The position numbers and the translations under genes are program-made. The notes beneath the pieces were generated by a model. The model had not been told where the DNA came from, made no database searches, and saw only the letters and a list, made by a program, of their open reading frames with translations. 64,000 nt of DNA from an uncultured delta proteobacterium (GTDB lineage Bacteria > Myxococcota_A > Polyangia > Polyangiales > Polyangiaceae), in the NCBI GenBank assembly GCA_963850305.1, contig CAWKKR010000007.1, forward strand, positions 608,001-672,000, written 5' to 3'. Shown piece after piece: positions 51,698 through 61,255 of the stretch (positions are counted from its first letter, which is position 1; each line of letters begins with the position of its first letter).

Positions 51698-53206
51698 TCA
51701 AGGGGCGCTCCGTTCGCATGCGAGGAGCGTCGCGTAGTATCGGGCGGCGCTCCCCCCTCTCTCGAGCAGGGCGGACGCCTCGTGGAGCGTCTCATAGGCG
51801 CGCTTCAATCGCAGGACGCGGGCTTCCTGGACTTCCAGAGCCGACAGTTCTCGGTCGACGCGGTCGACTTCTTCCTGACACTCGGCACGCGAGGCGGCTT
51901 CCTGGGAATGCTCCAGGATCGCTCGAATGGGCTCGCGGTTCCGGGTGAACTCGCTTTCGAAGTCGGGATGAAATGGATCGTCCAGGGCCGGCCACTTTTC
52001 GAGCAGTCGGGAGCTGAGCTGCGCTTCGGCTTCGGAGAGCGCATCTTCCGCGTCGTCCATGGCATCATTCAGCTCGTCGAGCTGGTGCTCGACGTCCGTC
52101 CAGCGCTTCTCGACGGCGGCCTCGTCGCGGAGGCCGAGCGCCGCGCCGAGCTGATCGACGACCGCGTCCTCCTCCGGCAGTATCTTTCGATCGATGGGCG
52201 CGCTTCCGTGTTCCACGCTCCGGAGCCAGCGCTCCGAGGTGGTCGTCGGGACGTCGAACGAGTTCGCGGCGATGGTCGCGCGCGCGTGCGCTTCGAGCAA
52301 GCTCACGATGCCGTCGTGATTGAAGTCGACGAGATCCGGCGCGAGGGGACGCCCGGAGCGGTCGGTCATGCCGAGCGCGTGGATGAAGTGTAGCCCGTAG
52401 CTCTCCTGCGCGCGCCGGTCGGGGTTCGCATCGCAGCCGCTCGTTTCACGGTCCCACGTGCCGGCGAACAGGCCGCACCGTGGCGCGCGGCTGGGTCCCT
52501 GGCGCTCGTCGGCGTGCGCGAACGCGAGCTCGGCGAACCCGCCCGAAAAGCAGGAGGTCGCGATCAGCCGGAGCGGGCGCGTCGAGGTCTCGTCCAGCTC
52601 GGCGAGCCGGGCGACGGTGAGGGGTCGCCCGCCCCAGAGCGCGATCGAATTCTCGCGCGCCGTCTCGCCCTGGTCGCCGTGGGCGGCGACGTACAGTAGG
52701 AGAGGCGGGCCCGGCTCTTCGAGCACTCCAGAGAGTTGTCGTTCGACATTGTCCACGTCCGCCCGCTCGGCCCAGAACCTCGGCCTTCGATAATGGCTGT
52801 CGCGACCAGCGCGCGGGGAAAGTAGCTCGCCCAGCTCCGTTCTCAGCGCGTCGCCGCGCGCCGCGGCATCCAGCTCCCGCACGCTTTCCGAGTCGCTGCC
52901 CCCGGCGAACAGCACCAGACCCGGCGGCGGGAGCGTCGAACGCACGAGCTCGATATCCTGCTCCAGGGACACCTCCGTGCTCTCGGGCGTCGCGCCCCCG
53001 CCCACCAGGAGATACCGTAACGGCCCGGCAATCCTGGGCATTCGAACCGGCTCGGGCGGCCGCGCCGACGATACAGGGCCCGTCGCTACGGGCGCGTGCC
53101 GTGAACCCTCGACGCGGAGTTGGGAGGTCCTCTTCTGGCCGCAAGCGTCGAGACAGAGGAGAGAAAGGACCGCCGTGGCCGTGAGTCGGAACGAGCCTCC
53201 TGTCAT
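51698..53206 (-). CDS. Lipoprotein with a clan CD (caspase/legumain-like) peptidase domain
   Basis: Lipobox-like LDAC; LLLYVAAHG and IATSCFSGGF His/Cys dyad; coiled-coil C-terminus. Confidence 0.72.
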   Translation of the reverse strand: MTGGSFRLTATAVLSLLCLDACGQKRTSQLRVEGSRHAPVATGPVSSARPPEPVRMPRIAGPLRYLLVGGGATPESTEVSLEQDIELVRSTLPPPGLVLFAGGSDSESVRELDAAARGDALRTELGELLSPRAGRDSHYRRPRFWAERADVDNVERQLSGVLEEPGPPLLLYVAAHGDQGETARENSIALWGGRPLTVARLAELDETSTRPLRLIATSCFSGGFAELAFAHADERQGPSRAPRCGLFAGTWDRETSGCDANPDRRAQESYGLHFIHALGMTDRSGRPLAPDLVDFNHDGIVSLLEAHARATIAANSFDVPTTTSERWLRSVEHGSAPIDRKILPEEDAVVDQLGAALGLRDEAAVEKRWTDVEHQLDELNDAMDDAEDALSEAEAQLSSRLLEKWPALDDPFHPDFESEFTRNREPIRAILEHSQEAASRAECQEEVDRVDRELSALEVQEARVLRLKRAYETLHEASALLERGGSAARYYATLLACERSAP

Positions 53207-53400
53207 GTTCGCGCCAGACAGTAACTGTCGGGCACCGTCCCGGATCGAAAAAAACTGGGAGCGTCGAGTGGCGCGCGGGTGCGGTGCTGAGCACGATATC
53301 GAGCAGCCTGCCAGATCAGCGAGCGAGCCAGCCGGTCGAGGACCGAGGCCTCGCCCGACCGCCGCGTCCATGCGAGATCCTGGCAATCTTCGAGACCGAG

Positions 53401-55329
53401 ATGACCGACACTCGCTCCCCAGCATCCACCGAAGCCAATCAGGGCCGAGAGTGGACGCTATCGACGACGTTCACCGTCGGCTTCGTCGTCGCGTTCGCGC
53501 TCTTCGTCATGGCGAGCGTTGCCGGCTTTCGCGAGCAGCGTCACGTCGCCGAGTCGGGCAACTGGGCCAAACATACGTTCGATGTGGTGGACCAGTCGCA
53601 GATCATCTTGCGGACCCTCGCCGACGCGGAAGATGGGCATCGCAGCTATTTGCTCACGGGTTCCGAACGATATCTCGAACCATACGATGACGCGATCCGG
53701 TCACTTCCTGGAGAGATCACCGCTCTGGAACGCACCGGCGTGGACGATCCCGCACAGCAGCGGCGACTCTTCGCGATCCGTCCGCTCGTCAATGCGGATC
53801 TCGCCGAACTCGAATCCACCATCGAGCTCCGCCGGTCCGGAAACGCGCAGGAGGCGACCCGGCGCCTCTGGCTCCGCTCGAGAGCCGACCACGGCACGCT
53901 TCAGCGACTCCGGATTCTGGTTCGAGACTTCCAGGATACCGAGCGCAATATCGTCCAGCAGCGTATTCAGGCGGGAGTCGTGCGCGCCCACCTGACACGT
54001 GAGTGCATCTTGCTCGCCACGCTCCTCGGCGCGGCGCTGGCGATCGCATCGCTCGTTGGAATGAACCGACAGAGTCAGCGCAGGATCGTCGCCGAACGGG
54101 AGTTTTCGCGCATCCGGATCGCTCAGCAGGAAGCACGGCTCAAGCTCGAGGAACGTAACCGGGCGGTGTCCGCGCTCCGGGCGGCTCAGCTGAGTGCGGA
54201 GGAGGCGAATCGCTCCAAGGACGAGTTCCTGGCGCTCCTGTCGCATGAGCTCCGTTCTCCTCTCAACGCGATCCTGGGTTGGGTCACCTTGCTACGCCGC
54301 GGAGCGCTCACATCCGAAAAGACGGGACACGCTCTCGAGACGATCGAGCGTAACGTCCATCTTCAGGCGCAGCTCGTGGACGATTTGCTCGACGTCTCTC
54401 GGATCGCGTCCGGGAAGCTCGTGCTCGACGAAGGCGCGGTCGATCTCGATGCCGTGGTCCGTGTCGCAATCGAAAACGTACGACCCTCGGCGGACGCGAA
54501 GGGCGTCGGCCTGCACGCGTCGCTGTCCTTGACGTCGGGGGCCGTCGTCCTTGGCGACGAGAAGCGACTTCAGCAGGTCGTGAGCAACCTCCTCACCAAC
54601 GCGGTCAAATTCACGCCGCGCCGCGGGAGCATCGCCGTCAAGCTCGAGGCTGAAAGCGGAGAAGCCGTGCTCGCAGTGACGGACACGGGCATCGGCATCG
54701 AGCCAGAATTTTTGCCACACGTGTTCGACCGCTTCCGTCAAGCGGACGGCACCATGACCCGCAAGCACGGCGGGCTCGGACTCGGGCTCTCCATCGTGCG
54801 GACGCTCACCTCGCTCCACAACGGACGGGTGGAAGCGACGAGCGAAGGACTCGGGCGCGGCTCGACGTTCCGCGTCCGCCTCCCGCTTCGAGACATCGAG
54901 CCGGATGTGTCGCGCGCGGGTGGCGAGCTGGAGAGCGCGGGACTCCGAGGAGTGAAGGTGGTCGTCGTCGAGGACGACGAGGACGCTCGAGACGCCCTCT
55001 GTCTGGCACTGGAGCAGAGCGGCGCCGTCGTGAACCCGTGCGCCTCCACGAGCGAAGCGCTGACCCTCCTCGATCACCTCACGCCGGACCTGATCGTCAG
55101 CGACATCGGCATGCCGGGTGAAGACGGCTACCGCTTCATGCGCCGCGTCCGCGCGCGCGAGGAGGCTCACGTCGCAGCCATCGCGGTCACCGGGTTCGCG
55201 AGCAAGGAAGACCAGGAAGAAGCCGCGCGATCCGGCTTCGACATCCACATCGCCAAACCCGTGCTCCCCGACGTCATCGTCGCGAAAGCGCGCGACCTTT
55301 TGGAACGAAGGCGCGCCGCGACGGCGTGA
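53401..55329 (+). CDS. CHASE3 hybrid sensor histidine kinase/receiver
   Basis: TM-CHASE3 (DAEDGHRSYLLTG)-TM; SHELRSPL, NLLTNAVKF, GGLGLGL; receiver SDIGMP. Confidence 0.93.
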   Translation: MTDTRSPASTEANQGREWTLSTTFTVGFVVAFALFVMASVAGFREQRHVAESGNWAKHTFDVVDQSQIILRTLADAEDGHRSYLLTGSERYLEPYDDAIRSLPGEITALERTGVDDPAQQRRLFAIRPLVNADLAELESTIELRRSGNAQEATRRLWLRSRADHGTLQRLRILVRDFQDTERNIVQQRIQAGVVRAHLTRECILLATLLGAALAIASLVGMNRQSQRRIVAEREFSRIRIAQQEARLKLEERNRAVSALRAAQLSAEEANRSKDEFLALLSHELRSPLNAILGWVTLLRRGALTSEKTGHALETIERNVHLQAQLVDDLLDVSRIASGKLVLDEGAVDLDAVVRVAIENVRPSADAKGVGLHASLSLTSGAVVLGDEKRLQQVVSNLLTNAVKFTPRRGSIAVKLEAESGEAVLAVTDTGIGIEPEFLPHVFDRFRQADGTMTRKHGGLGLGLSIVRTLTSLHNGRVEATSEGLGRGSTFRVRLPLRDIEPDVSRAGGELESAGLRGVKVVVVEDDEDARDALCLALEQSGAVVNPCASTSEALTLLDHLTPDLIVSDIGMPGEDGYRFMRRVRAREEAHVAAIAVTGFASKEDQEEAARSGFDIHIAKPVLPDVIVAKARDLLERRRAATA

Positions 55330-55442
55330 ACGGTTCCTGTCGCGCAAGGACGTTCGGTCAGTCGCTTACCGTCGATTGAAGGCATCCAAGTCGGCATTGA
55401 AGGCATCCAATCGGCCAGCGAAGCAGGCCGCGACGGCGTGAA
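55315..55442. repeat. 16-bp direct repeat enclosing a ~20-bp tandem repeat
   Basis: GCCGCGACGGCGTGAA at 55315-55330 and 55427-55442; ATTGAAGGCATCCAA(G)TCGGC at 55375-55395 and 55396-55415. Confidence 0.7.
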
Positions 55443-55447
55443 GGGCC

Positions 55448-57844
55448 TTACTCCGCGGCGACGGAGCGCGTGCTGGCCGGCAGAGTCACACCCTCCGGGG
55501 CTTTCGCGTATTCGCGGATCTGGACCTCCCCGGATTCGAGCTGACGGAAGCTCGGATAGAGCTCCGGGTATCCTCGATCGAACCGGGGGCCTTTGAAGCC
55601 CCTCCGGATCGCGGGCATCACGCAGAAGAAACCGGAGAAGGATTCCGCGAGGCGTGCGAGTTTTCGTTCGGTGGGCGTGAGATTGACGCCCTCCTCGAGA
55701 CGACGCTTCTCCTCTTCTTCGTGCGGCGAAGCGTAAGCGGTGATGAGACGCAGCTTCTGCGCCTCGAAGGTCATGGACTCGAACCGGAAGATGGACAAGA
55801 GATAGAGGCCCGACTCGGGCGTCATCTCCGGCAGCCGCGCGATGACCGAGAGCGGCTCGGCCATCGTCGCGAGATAGTCATCCCTGCCTTCGGCGATGAC
55901 GTGGTGCGTGACCATCCAGAGCTCGAAGTAATTCCTCGCCGGGATCGTCGCCTTCCAGCGCCCGAGATAGTGGGGCTCGAGCCGCGCCACGAGGAGCATG
56001 CTGAACCGCCCCAGAAGACGGCTTAGCGCTCGGAGATCACGGCGTCCAAACCGCTCGCGCACCCGCGCGACGACATCGGGAAGCGACTCGAACGTGACCC
56101 GCTCTTCCCTGGCGAGCATGGGCAAGAACTCGTCCCAGAACCGACGGACGTCTTCACCCGTCAGATCCCCGCCTTCGATCAGGGCAAGATCCATGGGATC
56201 TTCGCGACGCGCAACCGAGCGCTGCATCAGCACGCTGAGCTTCGAGCGGCGTCGCCAGAAGATCGCGTCGAAGTGCCATTGCTCGGGCTCGGGGAGAAAG
56301 TCTTCCCAGAAGTGCGGATCGAACCCGCGCGGCGGTGCGTGCGGACCGACGTAGGTGCGCTTCCACCAGTCCCCGGTGTCGAAGTGCTCCTTCACGCTGA
56401 CGGATTCGAGCATGATCGTGCTCACGCGCGCGACCTTCGGCGGCTCGGGGTGGCTCTCGAGCGCTTCGCTCTTCAAGAAATCGAGCCCGTGCCCCTCGAG
56501 GATGCGCTGCAAAAGTACGTCGGCGCCCGGTCGCGAGCCATAGCTGTACGGATCCCACGGACCGACGATGCTGCTGATGAGGCTCGTCGGGTTCATGCCG
56601 AACGTCTCGTAGATGACGGCTTGATCCCCTCGCGGATGGTGCGGCGCGACGAACTTGGGCGGCGATTTCGGATGAGTCGGCGAGAAGTGGAAGACGAGCT
56701 CGTGCCACTCCTTCTCGTCCCAGCTCACCTCGGCGAGCAGCGACATCTTCACGTCCGGCGAGGTGTGCGGCGGAAACACCCCGTACGGGTGGAGCCAGCG
56801 GAACGGGTGGAGCAGCCGGAAGAACCTCAGCGGAAGCTGGAGGATCTCCGGGAGCCGGTACCACGCGGACCAGAGGTGCCAGCTCTGCCCGATCCAGCTG
56901 TTGAACAGGAACGCGAAGCAGCACGACACGGTGTGGACGACGACGAACGCGTTCACGACGACCGGCGCGCCCGCGGCGAACATTCCGGCGATGTGAAGGT
57001 GCGTCGGCGTGACGTTGTCGAGCAGGGGAATGCACGCGGCGATGGTGAGCACGCTGAAGTACCCGAAGCTCCCCATCAAGTGGATGCCGATCATGAGGAG
57101 CGTCGTTACCGCGGCGCACACGACGCTGAGTGGGCCCGGCACGAACACGAAGAAGGGCGCGGGGATCTCCGCGAAGAACATGAACAGGACGGCTGGCTTC
57201 AGAAGCTTCGTCGGGAGCTTTTGCGCGTACCACCCGAGCGGAGAGGGCAGCGGCTGGGACAGCAAGAAACCTTTCAGGTACGAGAGATCCTTCGACGTGC
57301 TGCCGAGGAATTTCTGTTTGCCGAATCCGAACATGACGCGGAAGACGAGCAGCCGGTACGCCCACGCGAGCGCGGGAGCCGGAGCGGCGACGGCGCTCAG
57401 ATTCGGCAGGGAGTGTGTCGGAGGGATGAACAGCGCCAGGATGACGCACTCGAACATCAGGCAGTCCCACGGGAAGATCAGGCCGATCGCCAGATCGAGG
57501 GACAGGTAGCAGACGTAACAGACGAGAATCGCCCAGAACGAGAACGCGCCCCCGTAAACCAGCGCGGCGGCGGCCAGGAGCCCGGTGCACGCGAGCGCGC
57601 GCAGCATGGCGTCGCTGTCGTTCACCCAGAGCAGCGTCGGAAAATAAACGAAACGCCGCCAGGTGGGGAAATCTCGACGGATCTTCCGGAGTCGAAGCGC
57701 GACGGGTAAGCCGCCGCCGCGGCCGGAGCCCAGCACGATCTGGCCCGCGAGCGACGCGAAGGAGATGAGCAGCACGAGCCCGAGCGCCCGCGTGAACAGT
57801 CCCCACACGAGCTCGGGGCGCAGCGACGCCAGCCAGTCGAACAT
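55448..57844 (-). CDS. Lipase maturation factor (LMF) family membrane protein with a long C-terminal extension
   Basis: FPTLLW, FPWDCLMFE, LVFRVMFGFGK, QPLPSP, GYFSVLT, YGVF, APHHPR.D. Confidence 0.85.
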   Translation of the reverse strand: MFDWLASLRPELVWGLFTRALGLVLLISFASLAGQIVLGSGRGGGLPVALRLRKIRRDFPTWRRFVYFPTLLWVNDSDAMLRALACTGLLAAAALVYGGAFSFWAILVCYVCYLSLDLAIGLIFPWDCLMFECVILALFIPPTHSLPNLSAVAAPAPALAWAYRLLVFRVMFGFGKQKFLGSTSKDLSYLKGFLLSQPLPSPLGWYAQKLPTKLLKPAVLFMFFAEIPAPFFVFVPGPLSVVCAAVTTLLMIGIHLMGSFGYFSVLTIAACIPLLDNVTPTHLHIAGMFAAGAPVVVNAFVVVHTVSCCFAFLFNSWIGQSWHLWSAWYRLPEILQLPLRFFRLLHPFRWLHPYGVFPPHTSPDVKMSLLAEVSWDEKEWHELVFHFSPTHPKSPPKFVAPHHPRGDQAVIYETFGMNPTSLISSIVGPWDPYSYGSRPGADVLLQRILEGHGLDFLKSEALESHPEPPKVARVSTIMLESVSVKEHFDTGDWWKRTYVGPHAPPRGFDPHFWEDFLPEPEQWHFDAIFWRRRSKLSVLMQRSVARREDPMDLALIEGGDLTGEDVRRFWDEFLPMLAREERVTFESLPDVVARVRERFGRRDLRALSRLLGRFSMLLVARLEPHYLGRWKATIPARNYFELWMVTHHVIAEGRDDYLATMAEPLSVIARLPEMTPESGLYLLSIFRFESMTFEAQKLRLITAYASPHEEEEKRRLEEGVNLTPTERKLARLAESFSGFFCVMPAIRRGFKGPRFDRGYPELYPSFRQLESGEVQIREYAKAPEGVTLPASTRSVAAE

Positions 57845-57948
57845 GGCGTGATTCTACAGTGGTCGCCCGGCGGGCGGGACGATTACAGTGGGCTTTCCGC
57901 GCCGCGCATCCTCGGGTTCGACGCCCTGCGGCGTGAATGGCGCGCTCG

Positions 57949-58488
57949 CTACCTATGGACGGAGACGTGGACGTGCGACGCGTCCTCGTAGAAGACCCAG
58001 TCGAACCCCGCCTCGACCGCGAGCCGCGCGAGTCGACCGAGGCGCTTCGAGTCCACGTCGGAGGTCGTGATGTCGGCGGCGCGGCCCTCGTAGTGGATGC
58101 TGTTCGTGCCGTGCTCGTGGAGTTCGTCCCAGGCTTCCGTCACTCGCAGTCGCAGGTCCGGCCACTCTCGCTCGACGAGCGGCGCGAGTCTTCGGAGCTT
58201 GGCGCGAAGTCGGGGCGTCATCATGCGGTCCGCGCCCGTGCCTTCCTCGTCCTTGAAGACGATGTCCGGCGAATCGCACCGCACCAGCCGCGAATATTCG
58301 ACGCTCCCGCGTTCCACCCGTTCCGAGATGGCGCCGACCGCGCCGATCTCTCCCGTGTCGGGAACGCGCTCGCCGAGTCGAAGAGGACGCTCCGACGCTT
58401 CCCATCGGGATAGCCCGACGGTACCCGGGAAGTTGTCGGAACAGGCGATCGCCAGAAGGGCGATCACGACGAGGGTCTTCTGCGACAT
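57949..58488 (-). CDS. Hedgehog N-terminal signalling-domain (Hh/DD-peptidase fold) lipoprotein
   Basis: Lipobox LAIAC; PDIVFKDEEGTGADRMMT, LRVTEAWDE, SIHYEGRAADITTSD, LARLAVEAGFDWVFYE, HVHVSV. Confidence 0.92.
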   Translation of the reverse strand: MSQKTLVVIALLAIACSDNFPGTVGLSRWEASERPLRLGERVPDTGEIGAVGAISERVERGSVEYSRLVRCDSPDIVFKDEEGTGADRMMTPRLRAKLRRLAPLVEREWPDLRLRVTEAWDELHEHGTNSIHYEGRAADITTSDVDSKRLGRLARLAVEAGFDWVFYEDASHVHVSVHR

Positions 58489-58649
58489 CGCGGCGTCGGG
58501 GCGAAGTGCACCCGCAGCCATGGATCGTCGCAGGGTACGCGGAGCCCCGGCAAGAAAACGACGGCGGCGACGGCGCCGGACCTCCGCAATGACGAACCCA
58601 GCCCGTCATCGCGGGAGCAAGGGCGCTTTCGACCCCGCGATCTCCGAGG

Positions 58650-58901
58650 TCAGTGCGTCTTTTTGGGCATGTCCGCGTTCGCGATTCGGTCTTTGGCCTT
58701 CGGAGGCATGGCGTTCACGAACGAGTCGATCTCGCGTTCGGCTTGTTCCTTATGAAAGCCGTAGCGGTGCTGAAGGCGCCCGAGGAGCATGTCCTTCTTG
58801 CCAGCGATCGTCTCGAGATCGTCGTCCGTGAGCTTGCCCCAGTGGCTCCGGATCTTTCCCTTCAACTCTTTCCAATTACCTTGCAACGCGTCCCAGTTCA
58901 T
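58650..58901 (-). CDS. csbD: CsbD-family stress protein
   Basis: MNWDALQGNWKELKGKIRSHWGKLTDDDL...GRLQHRYG. Confidence 0.92.
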   Translation of the reverse strand: MNWDALQGNWKELKGKIRSHWGKLTDDDLETIAGKKDMLLGRLQHRYGFHKEQAEREIDSFVNAMPPKAKDRIANADMPKKTH

Positions 58902-59169
58902 GACGGCAAACGCTCCTTCCGACGATGGGCCGCCGGGCACGGCCGGCCGACGTCTTCTCCGACGAGGTGCAGCCGGCGTGCCAGTGTTTCGGAGCAAACT
59001 CCCGCGGAAATCGCCCTGCCGTGCGTGGCAAAATGTCGCCGGGCGTGTCCCTTCGCTCGGGCACGCCTTTCGGACCCGGCGTTCAGCCATTGCCAAATCG
59101 AGACGTCGGGCTCGAAGTTCGGGATATGCTCGCGCCCCCTTTGCCGAGCGCCCCGGGGAATGAGCTTCA

Positions 59170-60237
59170 ATGAACTTCCGCAAGGGCTTGGGATTGGTCG
59201 CCGTGATCGCCACGGCGATCGCGGGCGGAGATCTCGAGTGCAGTCACGTCCAGCAGACGGCCGAGCAGCAGCATGGCGGCGAGCTCTACGAGCGGATGTG
59301 CTCGGTGTGTCACGGTCGTGCGGGTGAAGGGTACAAGGCCGATCAGGCTCCCGCCCTCCGCAACGCCGCGTTCCTCGGAACCGTGACGGACGAGTATCTG
59401 AGGGCCGCAATCACGAACGGCCGCCACGGCACGACGATGTCCGCCTGGGCGCGCTGGCACGGTGGGCCACTGACTCAGCCGGACATAGAGTCCGTCGTCT
59501 CTTTCATTCACACGTGGGATCCGTCCGCGCGCCCGGCCCTCGATCAGGCGCCTTCACGCGGAGATGCGCTAAGGGGGGCAACGACATTCGCGAGCCAGTG
59601 TGCGAAGTGTCACGGCGCTCGCGGGACGGGCGGACCCAACGTGAACATCGGCAATCCGCAGCTCCTCTCGATGGCGAGCAACGGCTTCCTGCGCTACGCG
59701 ATTCGTTACGGCCGGCAAGGGACGGCCATGCCCGCGTTCGAGCCGACGCTCGGCGACGCGAAGATCGAAGACCTGCTCGCGTTCCTTCGCAACCTTCAGG
59801 CGACGGCCGCTCCCCCTCCGCCGGCTCTCCCGTCGCGTCCACCGCCGATCCCGCTCGGTCCCGTGCCGCTCAATCCCAAGGGTCCGGAGCCCGTCGGCTT
59901 TCACCCGAGTCCGGCGACCACGCCTGCGGAGGTCATTCACGCACAGCTAGAGAGGGGCGCGAAGATGGCGCTTCTCGATGCGCGTGCGCCGTCGGACTAC
60001 ACGGTGCAGCATATCGCTGGGGCGGTCAGCGTTCCCTTCTACGACCCCGGTCCGTACCTCGCGTTGCTGCCCAAGGATGCCTGGCTCGTCTGTTACTGCG
60101 CGTGCCCTCACGCGGAGTCCGGGCAACTCGCACAGAGGCTCGTCGCAAGCGGATTTTCGAAAGTCACCGTTCTGAACGAGGGCCTCGGCTTCTGGCGCTC
60201 CAAAGGCTTCCCCACCCACGCGGGCACGGCGCCCTGA
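59170..60237 (+). CDS. Dihaem cytochrome c fused to a rhodanese-like domain
   Basis: Signal; CSVCH...GTTMSAW; CAKCH...GTAMPAF; Pro linker; LLDAR...HIAGAVSVP...CYCACPHAES. Confidence 0.87.
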   Translation: MNFRKGLGLVAVIATAIAGGDLECSHVQQTAEQQHGGELYERMCSVCHGRAGEGYKADQAPALRNAAFLGTVTDEYLRAAITNGRHGTTMSAWARWHGGPLTQPDIESVVSFIHTWDPSARPALDQAPSRGDALRGATTFASQCAKCHGARGTGGPNVNIGNPQLLSMASNGFLRYAIRYGRQGTAMPAFEPTLGDAKIEDLLAFLRNLQATAAPPPPALPSRPPPIPLGPVPLNPKGPEPVGFHPSPATTPAEVIHAQLERGAKMALLDARAPSDYTVQHIAGAVSVPFYDPGPYLALLPKDAWLVCYCACPHAESGQLAQRLVASGFSKVTVLNEGLGFWRSKGFPTHAGTAP

Positions 60238-60244
60238 CGACCTC

Positions 60245-61255
60245 TCAGGGGGTGGCGGCGCTGCTGCGGTACTTCGTCGGCGACACGCCGGTCCATCGCT
60301 TGAACGCCCGGTCGAAGGACGCGACGTCCGAGAAGCCGAGCAAGAACGCGATCTCGCTCACCGCCGGACGCGGCTTGGAGAGGTACTGTTCGGCGAGTCG
60401 CCGTCGCATGTCCTCGACGATGTCGCTGAAGGTCGTTCCTTCGTCTTCGAGCCGCCGTCGTAGCGTCGCGACGCTCATCGCAAGCCGTCGCGCCGTGCCG
60501 CGCATCGTCACTTCGCCCATGCCGAGCTGCGCCGAGACCGAATCGCGAACGCGCCCGACCATTCCGTCGCGCGCCTCCAGCCGGCTCATCAATTCGCGTG
60601 CGTGTTGTTCGAACGCCACGAGGATGTCCGGATTGGCCCGGGACATCGGCGTTCGGAGTCGTGACTTTCGCATCACGATCGTGTTGTACGGCGCACCGAA
60701 CTTCACCGTCGTCCCGAGCCGTTCGTACGCCGCGGCGTGAGCCGGTCGCTCGTGCATGAACCGGATCTCGAGCGGTCGTTCCACGGTTGCGTTGCGACGT
60801 GAAAAGGAGAGGGCCGCCGCGACGGCAAAGTCGTTCGCCGCGGGCGGCTGCGGCACCGCGTCCGTGACACGGAACCGCCACTCGGCGATCTCCCCGTCCG
60901 GCACCAGCGTCACCTCGGCCGCGTCGTGCAACACGCGAAAATATCGGGCCATGCAGAGGATCGCGTCGCCGAGGGTGGGGGCCGCGCGGGCCGCGTACTC
61001 GAGTACCTCGAAATCGCCGGCCTCCAGCGACTCGCCCGCCAGAAGCCCGAGTGCGGGCCCGCTCGCGGCCGCCGAGTCACGGAGGAGTCTCATGGCAATC
61101 CGATGTGGCACTCGTGTGTCCGGATTCGCAAAATCCGCGGGCTTGATTCCCGCGCTCGTCAGTCGGTCGAGCGTGTTCGCATCGGCGGCACCAACCCGAA
61201 CGAAAGGCCACATCAGCCTGACCGAGAGCGATGCCTCCTTGCGCGATACGTGCAC
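60245..61255 (-). CDS. AraC-family transcriptional regulator (start approximate)
   Basis: LAMSVATLRRRL; EIAFLLGFSDVASFDRAFKRWTGVSP..YR. Confidence 0.92.
   Translation of the reverse strand: MHVSRKEASLSVRLMWPFVRVGAADANTLDRLTSAGIKPADFANPDTRVPHRIAMRLLRDSAAASGPALGLLAGESLEAGDFEVLEYAARAAPTLGDAILCMARYFRVLHDAAEVTLVPDGEIAEWRFRVTDAVPQPPAANDFAVAAALSFSRRNATVERPLEIRFMHERPAHAAAYERLGTTVKFGAPYNTIVMRKSRLRTPMSRANPDILVAFEQHARELMSRLEARDGMVGRVRDSVSAQLGMGEVTMRGTARRLAMSVATLRRRLEDEGTTFSDIVEDMRRRLAEQYLSKPRPAVSEIAFLLGFSDVASFDRAFKRWTGVSPTKYRSSAATP

Noticed and set aside
57949..58488. Eukaryotic contamination as the source of the Hedgehog-like gene
   Set aside because: It has no introns or Hint domain, has a bacterial lipobox, shows GC-rich codon usage like its neighbours, and is flanked by bacterial genes (csbD, LMF family).
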